Translations under genes and position numbers: made by a program
Notes under the pieces: generated by a model
Database searches by the model: none
What the model was told of the DNA's origin: nothing
Seen by the model: the letters and a program-made list of their open reading frames with translations, nothing else
Part shown: one piece after another, positions 53,329 through 64,000 of the stretch
Position numbering within the stretch: position 1 is the stretch's first letter
Layout: every line of letters starts with the position of its first letter
Source of the DNA: Octopus vulgaris
Lineage: Eukaryota
Assembly (NCBI GenBank): GCA_951406725.2
Contig: OX597834.1
Span: 16,678,001 to 16,742,000 of the forward strand
DNA: 64,000 nt
Reading direction: 5' to 3'

Positions 53329-53655
53329 CTGGCCAGGCAGCAAAAACCCTGCGAGAGTCAAGTCTGTTGGTTCGAGGAGCACAACTATTCAACTCCATTC
53401 TGGTACATGTCAGAAATCTATCAGGATGCAGTGTGGAATCATTCAAATTGCAGCTGGATAGATACTTAAGCACTATTAGAGATGAACCCCATCTCCCAGG
53501 ATACATACAACGAGCACGAACTGACTCAAACTCACTCCTACACATGTCAAAATTAAACAGAGAATACAACCTGGCAACCACACCAGACTCTGAGGGTGGA
53601 GTCTTCAACTTGGCCTGAGCATGGACTCAAACTCAAATGAAATGAAATGAAATGA
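53329..53655 (+). mobile_element. 5'-truncated CR1/L2-group LINE end inserted in a TTAA MITE
   Basis: Reads SLLVRGAQLFNSI..VRNLSGCSVESFKLQLDRYLSTIRDEP..SNSLLH, followed by a (gaaat)n tail. Confidence 0.8.
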
Positions 53656-54825
53656 AAAGGCTTCACACTGAATTGCTTGACCTCTTTAGCATTCAGATTA
53701 TTTTCTCAAATATAATGCTTACTTATCAACATTGTTCTGAATTGATCGTGCATTATCTCATAGCTTTTGCTAAAAGTTTACTTAAGGGATTATAGTAATC
53801 CAAAGAAGTCTAGCTGGCCAAAACTTCCAAACCACTGTCACCCCTCTTCTTGTAAAAGTATAATAAATATTATATTTATGTAAAAATACCCAGTAAAGTG
53901 GTTGGTTTTCGGAAGGGCATCCAGCCGTAGAAACCTTGCCTGTGCTTGTGTCGCAGAAAAAGCACCAAGTCCACTCTGCTGAGTGGTTGGTGTTAAGAAG
54001 GGCAACTAGCTGTAAAAATCCTGCCAAAACTGTCACAGAAGTCTGGTGCAGGCTTCGGCCTGGCTGGCTCTTGTGGTACCATCCCACCCATGCTAGCATG
54101 GAACACGGATGTTAATTGATAATGATTTGTTTTGCAAGATTCTTGATGTGAAAGTATGTTTTGAAACAGATATTGTTATACTTGGGAATAACCATCTTTT
54201 GCCAATTAAACACATGTAATTCATATTTGATCTTCACATTAGTTTTTATTACCTCTGCCTTAGCAAAGGCGAAGGTATTGTTTTCAATCGTGTTTGTCTG
54301 TTTGTCCATGGACAAGATTTCTCAAGAACTGCTGGATAGATTTGGATGAAACTTTCAGGGATGTTTGGGCCTCATGATTGGCAACAAACTGATTAGATTT
54401 TGGGCTCAATTTGGTACCAGACAAGGATTCTGGTTTGTAATTTGGTTCTAGTACTATGTCTCAATAAAAGGTTATTTTAAACAAAAAAGCACATCTATTA
54501 CTTCAATAAAGGAAATTCATTTTTTTATGCAATTTTTTTTAAAAAGTTCAAAATGATTTTAAAAGATTTAAGACAATTCAGGGCCTGAATACCAGTATTA
54601 ATACAGAAAAAAATGCTCCCAAAATAGAGTTGTTGCAGGTCAGATTTATGCAGTACAATTGATAGTATGTAATCTTAAATCCCAAATCCAAGATAGGGTG
54701 AGACATTTTGGCACCACCAATTTGGTATCACTGATTCAAAACTGACTCATTTAACATCAAACGTTTTACTGTTTTTCTCAATTTAATCTCTCTCTCTCTT
54801 TCTTCCTCCCCACCTCTCTCTGCAT

Positions 54826-55075
54826 GTGTGAGCATCTTGTGATCTATGTATGCCGTTGGGTCTGCAAATCTAACAGAGGCCTTGAAAGACATTTTAAGAT
54901 CCACAAAGATCAGAACTTAACTGCAGCTCTTTTTAGTCCAAATCAGATATGCAATCTATGTGGGTATCTTTTCAAAACACTGGCTGAAAAAGCCACATCA
55001 GATGCCATGATAGCTCTACGGTGTAAGTCCAAGAGGTGGTCAGACTTTATATATGGAGTAGACAACCACCACCAA
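54826..55075 (+). pseudogene. Frameshifted pair of C2H2 zinc fingers, probably an RTE-type LINE C-terminus
   Basis: Reads VCRWVCKSNRGLERHFKIH, then CNLCGYLFKTLA and, after a frameshift, KSHIRCH. No splice context is evident. Confidence 0.55.
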
Positions 55076-55115
55076 TGTATGTATAAGGTCTGTCTCCCTC
55101 CCTGTCTCTCTATAT

Positions 55116-55316
55116 CAGTGGTTTTCAACCAGGGTTCCGCCAGTCCAGTCCAGGGGTTCCGCAAGAAGTTACAAAACTGCTAAAATCGGCAGTAATTTTT
55201 AATTCTCCTGTGCAGATATGTGTGCATAAGACTATTAAATTATTGCACAGGGGTTCCTCGAGCCAGTGGAATGTTTCCTTGGGGTTCCGTTCCAGCAAAA
55301 AGTTTGCAAAGCACTG
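55116..55316. mobile_element. hAT MITE
   Basis: TIRs are cagtggttttcaac and gtttgcaaagcactg. A perfect 8-bp TSD, ctctatat, lies at 55108-15 and 55317-24. Confidence 0.88.
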
Positions 55317-56910
55317 CTCTATATGTATGAGCATCAAGTATAACGTCCTTCTCTCTCACTCACTCTATCTGTATGTGTATATTTCTGTAAATGCACTTGT
55401 GTTTGCCTCTAGCACCAAAAAATAGTTTCACCAAAACAGGCTTCATGTATATAGTCAGCAATGCCAAATTGTCAGTAACCACACATCCATACCCAATTGT
55501 CTCGTTCTGTCTGTCATAAACCAATTAAAAAGAAGGCTATTATTCAAACTTTGTTCAGCTCGCCACCTGATGCGTTAATCATAGTTACTCAATGATTAAG
55601 CTGCATCTATCCATCAACATCATTCGACACTGCGCCCCACTTTCGTACTCAATACAAAATAAGATTTCTATTATTTTGGCACAGGGCCAGCAATTTCAGG
55701 GGAGGGGGTTAAGTCAGTCACAGTGACTCCAGTGCTCGAATGATACTTATTTCATTGACCCCAAAAGGATGAAAGCCAAAGTCACCCCCCGGTGGAATTT
55801 GAACTCAGAACCTAAGATTTTGCCTGGCATGTTAACAATTCTGCCAGCTTGCCACCTTAACTAACAGTAAATATTAAACATTATTTGTTCAGTATTAGTT
55901 TTGTTGGTATTGAGTAATATTATTAAAAAAAAATACTCAACAGCTCAATTCACACATTTACAACAATTAGTTACATAAGCATACATCAATTAAACTAACA
56001 AACATTTTTTCCAAATGCCAGAGGTAGTCAAATACCCTACAAGCAAGAAATATAATATACTAAATTCACTTGAACAAGCAAATATTTCTGATATTTTAAT
56101 CATATAATCATATATTTTACATGGAGGTTCCTTGGAATGAGATCATATCAAATTCCCATGATTTGTTTCTAGAGAGAGGGGATGGTGTTCCTGCTTTAGA
56201 ATTTGCACTTTAATCTTGTAAAAAAATATACATTGAATGTGAAAGCACATGACCTAGTGGTTGGGGTGATGCACTTATGATCGCCAGATCAGAGTTTCAA
56301 TCCCTGGACCAGATGGGGCATTGTGTTCTGGAGTAAAATACTTCATTTCACGTTGCTCCAGTCCACACAGCTGTAAATGAATAACCTGCGATGAAATGAT
56401 CAGCAATGGAATGTTGGCCTGCTAGCCTAGCCAGCAGGGTGGTACCCTTTGAAAGTTAAATCAATGCAAAGTGCTTTGTGACCAGTGATGTGTAACAACA
56501 GCTGACAGTCTGGTCTATCACGTGATCATGTGACATTGAATGTAATAAAATTTTGTTTAGTTTACGTTTTTACTGAATACCATTTTTTACTGACAGGAGC
56601 CATGAAAATTCACACATTTTACAAATTTCTTTAACCCTTCCGTTACTAACCCGGCTGAAACCGGCTCTGGGTCTGTAGTACAAATGTCTTGTTTTCATAA
56701 GCTTTGAATTAAAATCTTTCACCAAACCTTAGTCATAATTAATGTTCCTAACACTAGATTAATGATAACTAAGTTATTTTACTAAATTCTTTGTTATATT
56801 TAAAATAATTGAGAGAAAAAACAGAGAATCTCAAAATAAATACAGTAAAGAAAGGTTAAACGTCAATGCCTAAATTTATAGACCTTCAAAACAGATTCAT
56901 TGGATTAAGC

Positions 56911-57132
56911 ATTTTGATTATGTCATCGATTTCATTCCATTGCTGACATTGTTTAAAGCAGGACATTTGAAATTGTCTTACTATTTTGATTGTGTCATCG
57001 ATCTCCTTCTATCGTTGACACTGCTTAAAGCGTAACACTTGAATTTGTTACATAATGTTAATGATTTAAATTATGTCATCGATTTCCTTCCATAGTTGAA
57101 ATCATGACACTTCAATTTGTTTCATTATGTTA
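56911..57132. repeat. Old degenerate tandem repeat, 3 units of ~70-85 bp
   Basis: Recurring attatgtcatcgat..tcc/ct..gacac/tt..gaa/caatttgt. Confidence 0.7.
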
Positions 57133-59060
57133 AAGAAAACACAAGGGTACATATTATTTGAACTGATTGCAGGGTGGATATCTTCTAACGTTTCTCTCGC
57201 ATTTAACATTTTTCTCGTTTTCTCTTCTATGTCTTTCTCACTCTTTCTGTTTGTATTTATATGTGGAGCATCTAGTTATGTCTATACGTGTACGTAATGT
57301 CTCTCTCTCTCTCTCTCCGTGTCTACAATGCTAAAAAATTCTGTCGCCAAAACAACCTGTTTTGGAGACAGTACGTTTTGGCACTGGAGGGGGGGGGGGT
57401 CTCCAGTGATGAAACAATAGAAAAAGGGTGGACAGTCAAACTCAAAATATGTCATTGCACACACAAATACACACACACATATATGTATGTATGTATGTAT
57501 CTGCTAAAAAAAACGTAGGGAATATAAGTTTTCAGCCAAAGTAATTAAAACTGTCCTCTAAAGAATTGTGGAACTCTTAAGGCAAATAACCAACACAGTA
57601 AAGAATGTGGGTTCGTAGATCTTATCAACATCATGAAAAGCAGGGTCAAACAGCCAATTGGTAAAGTTGTTAGAATGTTGGAGAGAATGATTCATAGAGG
57701 CAGGCATTTGCAACCACACAGTTCAACCCCACTGTGACAGCACTTTGGAGAAATGTTTTTTGCTATAGCACCCAGAGCTGCCAATGCCTAATGAGTAAAT
57801 TTCATAAACAGAAAAGTTGGTTGTGTGTGTGTGTTGTCCCACCACCACTCAATAATCAGTGATGGTTTGTTTACACTCCTGTAACTTAACAGTTCAGCAA
57901 AAGAGACCAATATAAAAAGTACCAGACTTAAACAGATGTAAGTACTGGGGGTTTGACTAAATTTTTCGAAGCAGTGCTCCAGCATGACCACAATCCTATG
58001 ATTGAAACTAGTAAAAGATACAAAGGATAAAATAATTAAAACTGCCCTCTAAGGAAGAATGGAAGGTAAATAACTAACAGAATAAAGAGTGTGCACACAA
58101 AAGCAGGATCAAACAGTCAAGTTGTTACAGAGAAAGTTGTTACATTGTGGGTTAGCATGTTTAATGGTATTTTCTCTACAGTTTCTGCTGTCCACTGCCC
58201 TTTGAACCTACCCTATTGAATGAGGAAGGATAGACAGGAGTAATGTCCTAGGTGAGTGAGAAGCCTAAAATCTTTCGTGGGAAAAGAAAATTGTAGTCAT
58301 GGTATTAATCCGTTTCCAAAGAATGGCAAATGATGTCATTAATAGTACAGAAGCCAGTCAGAGTATAACTCTGCACACTATAAGCCTCATTTTCCACTTT
58401 CAAAGTGGATGGAGAAATTCAAAGGGATGTTTTAAAAATATTGGTAGAACATGTCATGTTCAGAGAAGATATAGGCTTGTGTCCCATGGGTAGCCTTCAA
58501 CATTTTTCACTCCAAGGGGTTTTTTTTTGGTTTTTTTAACTGAATATTCTTCATGCTATTATTTACAGCTTTTGAGTTCCACCATTAAAAGAATTTTATT
58601 TATATATGCTACACCCAAGACATACAGGTTTCCAATGAAGCCACAGAACAAAACATTGGAAACCTGAGAATTAAAGAAGCCATCTTAATTAGCAAGTGCA
58701 ACCCACATATTAACAACAGAACCAAGCTACACACAACTGGCTGGCAACTCTAGCACTGATAACTTGCATTGCAAAGCTAACTTTAATATACATACACTTC
58801 AGAACAGAGAAGTCAGCTCATAATGCCATATTTCTAAAGATTTCCTAAAGATAGGAACCTGAAATATTGAACTACAAGTTAAAAGTACAAACCACTGACT
58901 TGTATTATTTTTTATAATACACATTATTTTGATACAAAAGAAAAAACTATAAACATTGATCATCATCATCATCATTTAACATCCGCTTTCCATGCTAGCA
59001 TGGGTTGGATGGTTTGACTGTGGGCTGGCGAACCAGATGGCTGCACCAGGCTCCAGTGTT

Positions 59061-59109
<49 letters not shown>

Positions 59110-59121
<12 letters not shown>

Positions 59122-59290
59122 CGCCATGAGGATGTGGTACATGTAATGTATTAGCAGATGCTCAGGAAAGGAAAGAAAGATGGTTTAACATTTTGAGCAG
59201 ACGCTCTTCTTCAGAAACAGAAAAAAGTCTAATAGAAGGGAAGACGGAAGAAAATCGCCAACAATTCACATGTGGTTACATTTTGAAATA
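59110..59290 (-). mobile_element. Short (TA)n-embedded element with a CpG-decayed hammerhead motif
   Basis: Minus strand 59218-59183 reads gttt CTGAAGA A GAGC gtct GCTC AAAAT GTT aaac. It shares caacaattcacatgt.gttacattttg with the element near 45890. Confidence 0.6.
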
Positions 59291-60638
59291 TATATATATA
59301 GATAGATAGATAGATAGATATTATATATATTTATATCATCTTCATCATTTAGTGTCTGCTTTCCATACTGGCATGGGTTAAACAGTTTGACAAACTGGTA
59401 AGCTGGAGAGCTACACCAAGTTCCAATCTGATTTGGCATGGTTTCTATGGCAGGATGTCCTTCCTATCGTCAACCTCTCTAAGAGTGTAATGAGTGCTTA
59501 TTAGGTGCCACAACTATGATTTCTCTTGGCTTGATGAGTTTTCTACACACACAAACACACACCTCACATACAGTTTAATCACCAATCATTTTTCAGGTGT
59601 CTTATACATGTCCAAGAATAGGATACATGAATCAGTTGAAACCAACGCACAACTGCAAATGAAACTTAGTTTAAGATGTAAATATTAAAAAATATTTTAT
59701 CTTTGAAGATGAAGTTAATAGACTGAAAAATTGTTCACAAATTATCTGAAACATTGGATAATTTACACAGTAGTTCATCACATAGACACCTCACTATGAT
59801 CTTTGCTTTCTAATCTATCAAGCTTAAAAAAATTATTTTTACCAATTTATTATTTTCTTTTCTTTTCTGTGTGCTATATCTACTCTATCGCCATTTATTT
59901 ACATCAGTCAAGTCAAGTGGAAATTATTTGTTTTACTTTGATCAAGTTACCGAGAACAGTCAACAGGTGGAGAAATGGAGTCAGGGGATATTCATTTTGC
60001 ATAGAGATGGTTATTATTTTTACTTCAAGACAGTCTGGCACACACTGATTAAGTCTGACTAATATTCAATATTTTCTCTCAAGATTACTTCATCAGTTGC
60101 TTACTTCCTCATAATGAATCAGAAACCAAATGTTTTATCTCACTTCATACATTCATAATTGAGCCGGGTTGATGCGTACTGTTTGTAGACCAGCCTCAAC
60201 ATATCAAATAAAACTTTATGTCACTTAGCTTTACTCGGATGAGAAAAGGACCCCTAAGACTTGAAAATTTCCTGGGTTGGTGCTTAGCTCTAATTTCATG
60301 ATACTAACTTTACTGATACCAACCCACCGGAAACTTACCCTGCTTCTATGATACAAACTCCATGTTTTAAATTTATCTTAATTAAAAAACCTTCAATCAA
60401 GATTTCATGCTAATTTTTGTTCCATATACCAGCTAAATAAGAATCTTTTTATCTTTTACTTGTTTCAGTCACTACGCTGTGACCACGCTGGGGAAATTTT
60501 AGACGTATGAATCGACCCCAATACTACTTTTTTTTTCTTTTTAAGAAGTGGTACTTATTTTATCTATTTTGCCAAACCGCTAAGTTACAGGGACGCAAAC
60601 ACACCAACACCAGTTGTCAAACAGTAATGTAGGAACAA

Positions 60639-60669
<31 letters not shown>

Positions 60670-62127
60670 CAGCAGGCTTGTTTCAGTTTCTGTCTACCAA
60701 ATCCACTCACAAGGCTTTGATCAGCCCAAGGCTACAGTAGAACACAGTTGCCCAAGGTGCCACACAATGGAAGTGAACCCAGAACCAAGTGATTGGGAAA
60801 CACGCTTCTTACTACAATATAGTTAAACATGAGAGAGAAATCACTCATTGACTAGTACACCAATCTATCACAGGTAACATTAATTACCAAATGTTGTAGC
60901 AGCTGTAACCAACAGCCAGGTGTAGTGGATGAAATTCAGAACAAAGTGTTTCACCTGCAAACACAATGAAACATCTACTACAAGTTCAAAATCACGATCT
61001 ATAAAAGCCTGTTCGTTTTCCACACAGATGTTTCAGGTTTTACAAGAGTTAAAATGGTCGTCTACCATCACTTTTGTGAGAAAGCTTCCGTGTAAAATCC
61101 CTTTTAATAACTGGCATCAAGTTTCATTTAATTTTTTTTTTTTTATGAATGACCAGCATGGAATTACCATCCTCGTGTTAGCTATCATCATCATCATCAG
61201 TCAGCAGATAATGATGTATTTTGTTTTGCTTCTCACGTCATCCACTTTCACATTACATACGTCCAGGCAAGACTTCACACTCCTTGAAAAATAGCATCCT
61301 TCTTTAACGTAAAAGAAAGAAAAAATTTAAAAAATATCATGAAGTAATCCTCCAAACAATCCATTCAACTTCCTGTTTTAGTAACAAGCATCCTGTACAA
61401 GATTCAAGATTCGTTAATTTTAATTAGAACAGATGTTGCCTATGACATTATCATCATCCTCGTTAGCAACAGTAACAATAGTTACTTTTATCATATTTCT
61501 CAAGTATTTATTACTAGATTAAGATTTCTAATTAACTAAAATTAAATCAATGCAAAAACAAATAATGGTTTATAATTTGGGGACAAAACTAGCAATTTTG
61601 AAAGAAAGATGCTAAGTCGAAACCATTGACTCCAGTACATGACTGGTATGTCATTTTATTGACCCAAAGAGGATGAAGCAAAGTTGACCCCAAATCTAAA
61701 GGGTTGGAAGAAATAACATATATTTTCTTTTCTACTCTAGGCACAAGTCCCAAAACATTTGGGGGAGGGGGCCAGCCGATTAGATCGACTCCAGTACGCA
61801 ACTGGTAATTAATTTATCGACCTCGAAAGGATGAAAGGCAAAGTCAACCTCGGCGGAATGTGAACTCAGAACATACAGACAGACGAAATACTGCTAAGCA
61901 TTTCACCCAGCATGCTCACGTTTTACCAGCTCACCGCCTTTATACCACAAAATATTTTGTCCAATGCTGAAACAAGAGAAGTGATGAAGGTAGAATATAA
62001 TATCTTAGACATACGTTCTACTAATTAGTTCGATACCTCACCCATCTGGGTTCAATTCCCACTGGTGACAACATTTATTTTCATTCCTAACTTCAAGACA
62101 CATGGTTTAGTGGTTAGGGTGTTCGGC

Positions 62128-62352
62128 GAGCTGGCAGAAACGTTAGCACGCCGGGCGAAATGCTAAGCAGTATTTCGTCTGCCGCTACGTTCTGAGTTCA
62201 AATTCCACCAAGGTCGACTTTGCCTTTCATCCTTTCGGGGTCAATTAAATAAGTACCAGTGATGCACTGGGGTCGATATAATCGACTTAATCCATTTGTC
62301 TGTCCTTGTTTGTCCCCTCTGTGTGTAGCCCCTTGTGGGCAGTAAAGAAATA
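62128..62352 (+). mobile_element. SINE family B inserted into the head of a family D SINE
   Basis: A 16-bp TSD, ggttagggtgttcggc, lies at 62112-27 and 62353-68. Confidence 0.9.
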
Positions 62353-62949
62353 GGTTAGGGTGTTCGGCTCAGGATCATAAGGCCGTGAGTTCAATTCCCG
62401 GCAGTGCACTATACCTTTGAGCAAGGCTCTTTATTTCACTCTGCTCCAGTCCATTCAACTGGCAAAATGAGTTCTTCATGTAATTCAAAACGACCAGCCT
62501 TGCCAAATTTTGTATCATACTGGATCTCACCGAGAACTACATTAAGGTAAACACGTCTATGAAGTGCTCAGCCACCTGCACATTAGTTTCACAAGCAGGC
62601 TGTTGGGTTGATCAAATACATCAACTAGAACACCCACCATCAGAACTAACAGAGAACCAGAACAACCTCAAGCGGGCAATGAATAAAGAAAGTACTAATA
62701 ATACGAGTTCAATCCAGTCAACTGTACACCTTTGTCAATAAAGTAGGACTTGAGCCAGACCAGTAAAACTAAAATGTTATAGATATAGGTGCAGGTGTGG
62801 CTGTGTGGTTAAGAAGTTTACTTCTCAACCACATGGTCCAAGGTTCAGTCCCACTGTGTGGTACTTTGCCAAATGTCTTACTATAGCTCTGGGTCAAACA
62901 AACCTTTCTGGGTGGATTTGATAGATGGAAACTTAAAGAAGCCCATCAT

Positions 62950-62955
62950 AAATAT

Positions 62956-63038
<83 letters not shown>

Positions 63039-63043
63039 TATAC

Positions 63044-63076
<33 letters not shown>

Positions 63077-63081
63077 TATAC

Positions 63082-63158
<77 letters not shown>

Positions 63159-63361
63159 CACACACACATATATACATATATATATACACACACATATACA
63201 TATATATATATATACACACACATATACATATATATATATATACACACACATATACATATATATATATACACACACACATATACATATATATATATACACA
63301 CACATACATATATATATATACACACACACAAATACATATATATATACATATATATATATAT

Positions 63362-63406
<45 letters not shown>

Positions 63407-63627
63407 TATATATATACACACACACATATACATATATATATACACACACATATATATATATATACACATATACATATATATATATACACATATACATATA
63501 TATACACACATATACATATATATACACACATATACATATATATATATACACACATATACATATATATATATATATACACACACATACATATATATATACA
63601 CATATATATATATATATACACATATAC

Positions 63628-63658
<31 letters not shown>

Positions 63659-63791
63659 TATACATATATATATACACATATACATATATATATATACACA
63701 TATACATATATATACACACATATACATATATATATATACACATATACATATATATACACACATATACATATATATATATACACACATATAC

Positions 63792-63822
<31 letters not shown>

Positions 63823-63940
63823 TATATATATATATACACACACACACATATATATATATACACATATATATGTACACACATATATACATACATACGTACA
63901 TACATACATACATACATACATATGTATACACACACACACA
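62950..63940. repeat. ~1-kb (TA)n/(CA)n microsatellite expanded from the internal repeat of a family A SINE (62788 onward)
   Basis: Seen directly; it accounts for the 331-371 aa ORFs. Confidence 0.97.
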
Positions 63941-64000
63941 ATTATCATGTGACAGTTGTGAATTACTATCACTGTCATACAAGCAGTATCATTCATTTCC

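Noticed and set aside
61250-61290. Minus-strand peptide ECEVLPGRM resembling the WEVFPGRN start of ZDHHC14-type proteins
   Set aside because: It is followed immediately by a stop, with no FCxGR motif or TM1 and no phase-2 donor. The true first coding exon was not found in the window.

Overview
Eukaryotic, AT-rich, repeat-saturated intronic DNA. The SINE, MITE and microsatellite content suggests an octopus or other coleoid cephalopod (inference). The window appears to lie entirely inside one minus-strand gene, a ZDHHC9/14/18 (Drosophila app-like) DHHC palmitoyltransferase. Only two coding exons are present (25673-25833 and 12638-12796); the N-terminal exon and the DHHC-tetrapeptide exon were not found and presumably lie outside. 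Nearly all long ORFs in the track are microsatellite or repeat artefacts. The introns hold tRNA-derived SINEs, truncated CR1/L2/RTE LINE ends, TTAA (piggyBac-like), hAT and mariner MITEs, a Helitron and a Helentron-like element, often nested. Three observations stand out. (1) Short (TA)n-embedded elements carry minimal hammerhead-ribozyme motifs and long fold-backs, resembling Penelope pseudo-LTRs or retrozymes. (2) A chimeric templated insertion creates a 253-bp, near-perfect inverted repeat around a coding exon. (3) Two further local copy-and-paste insertions into SINEs and a young 6x129-bp array start at repeat junctions. All coordinates and identities were read by eye.
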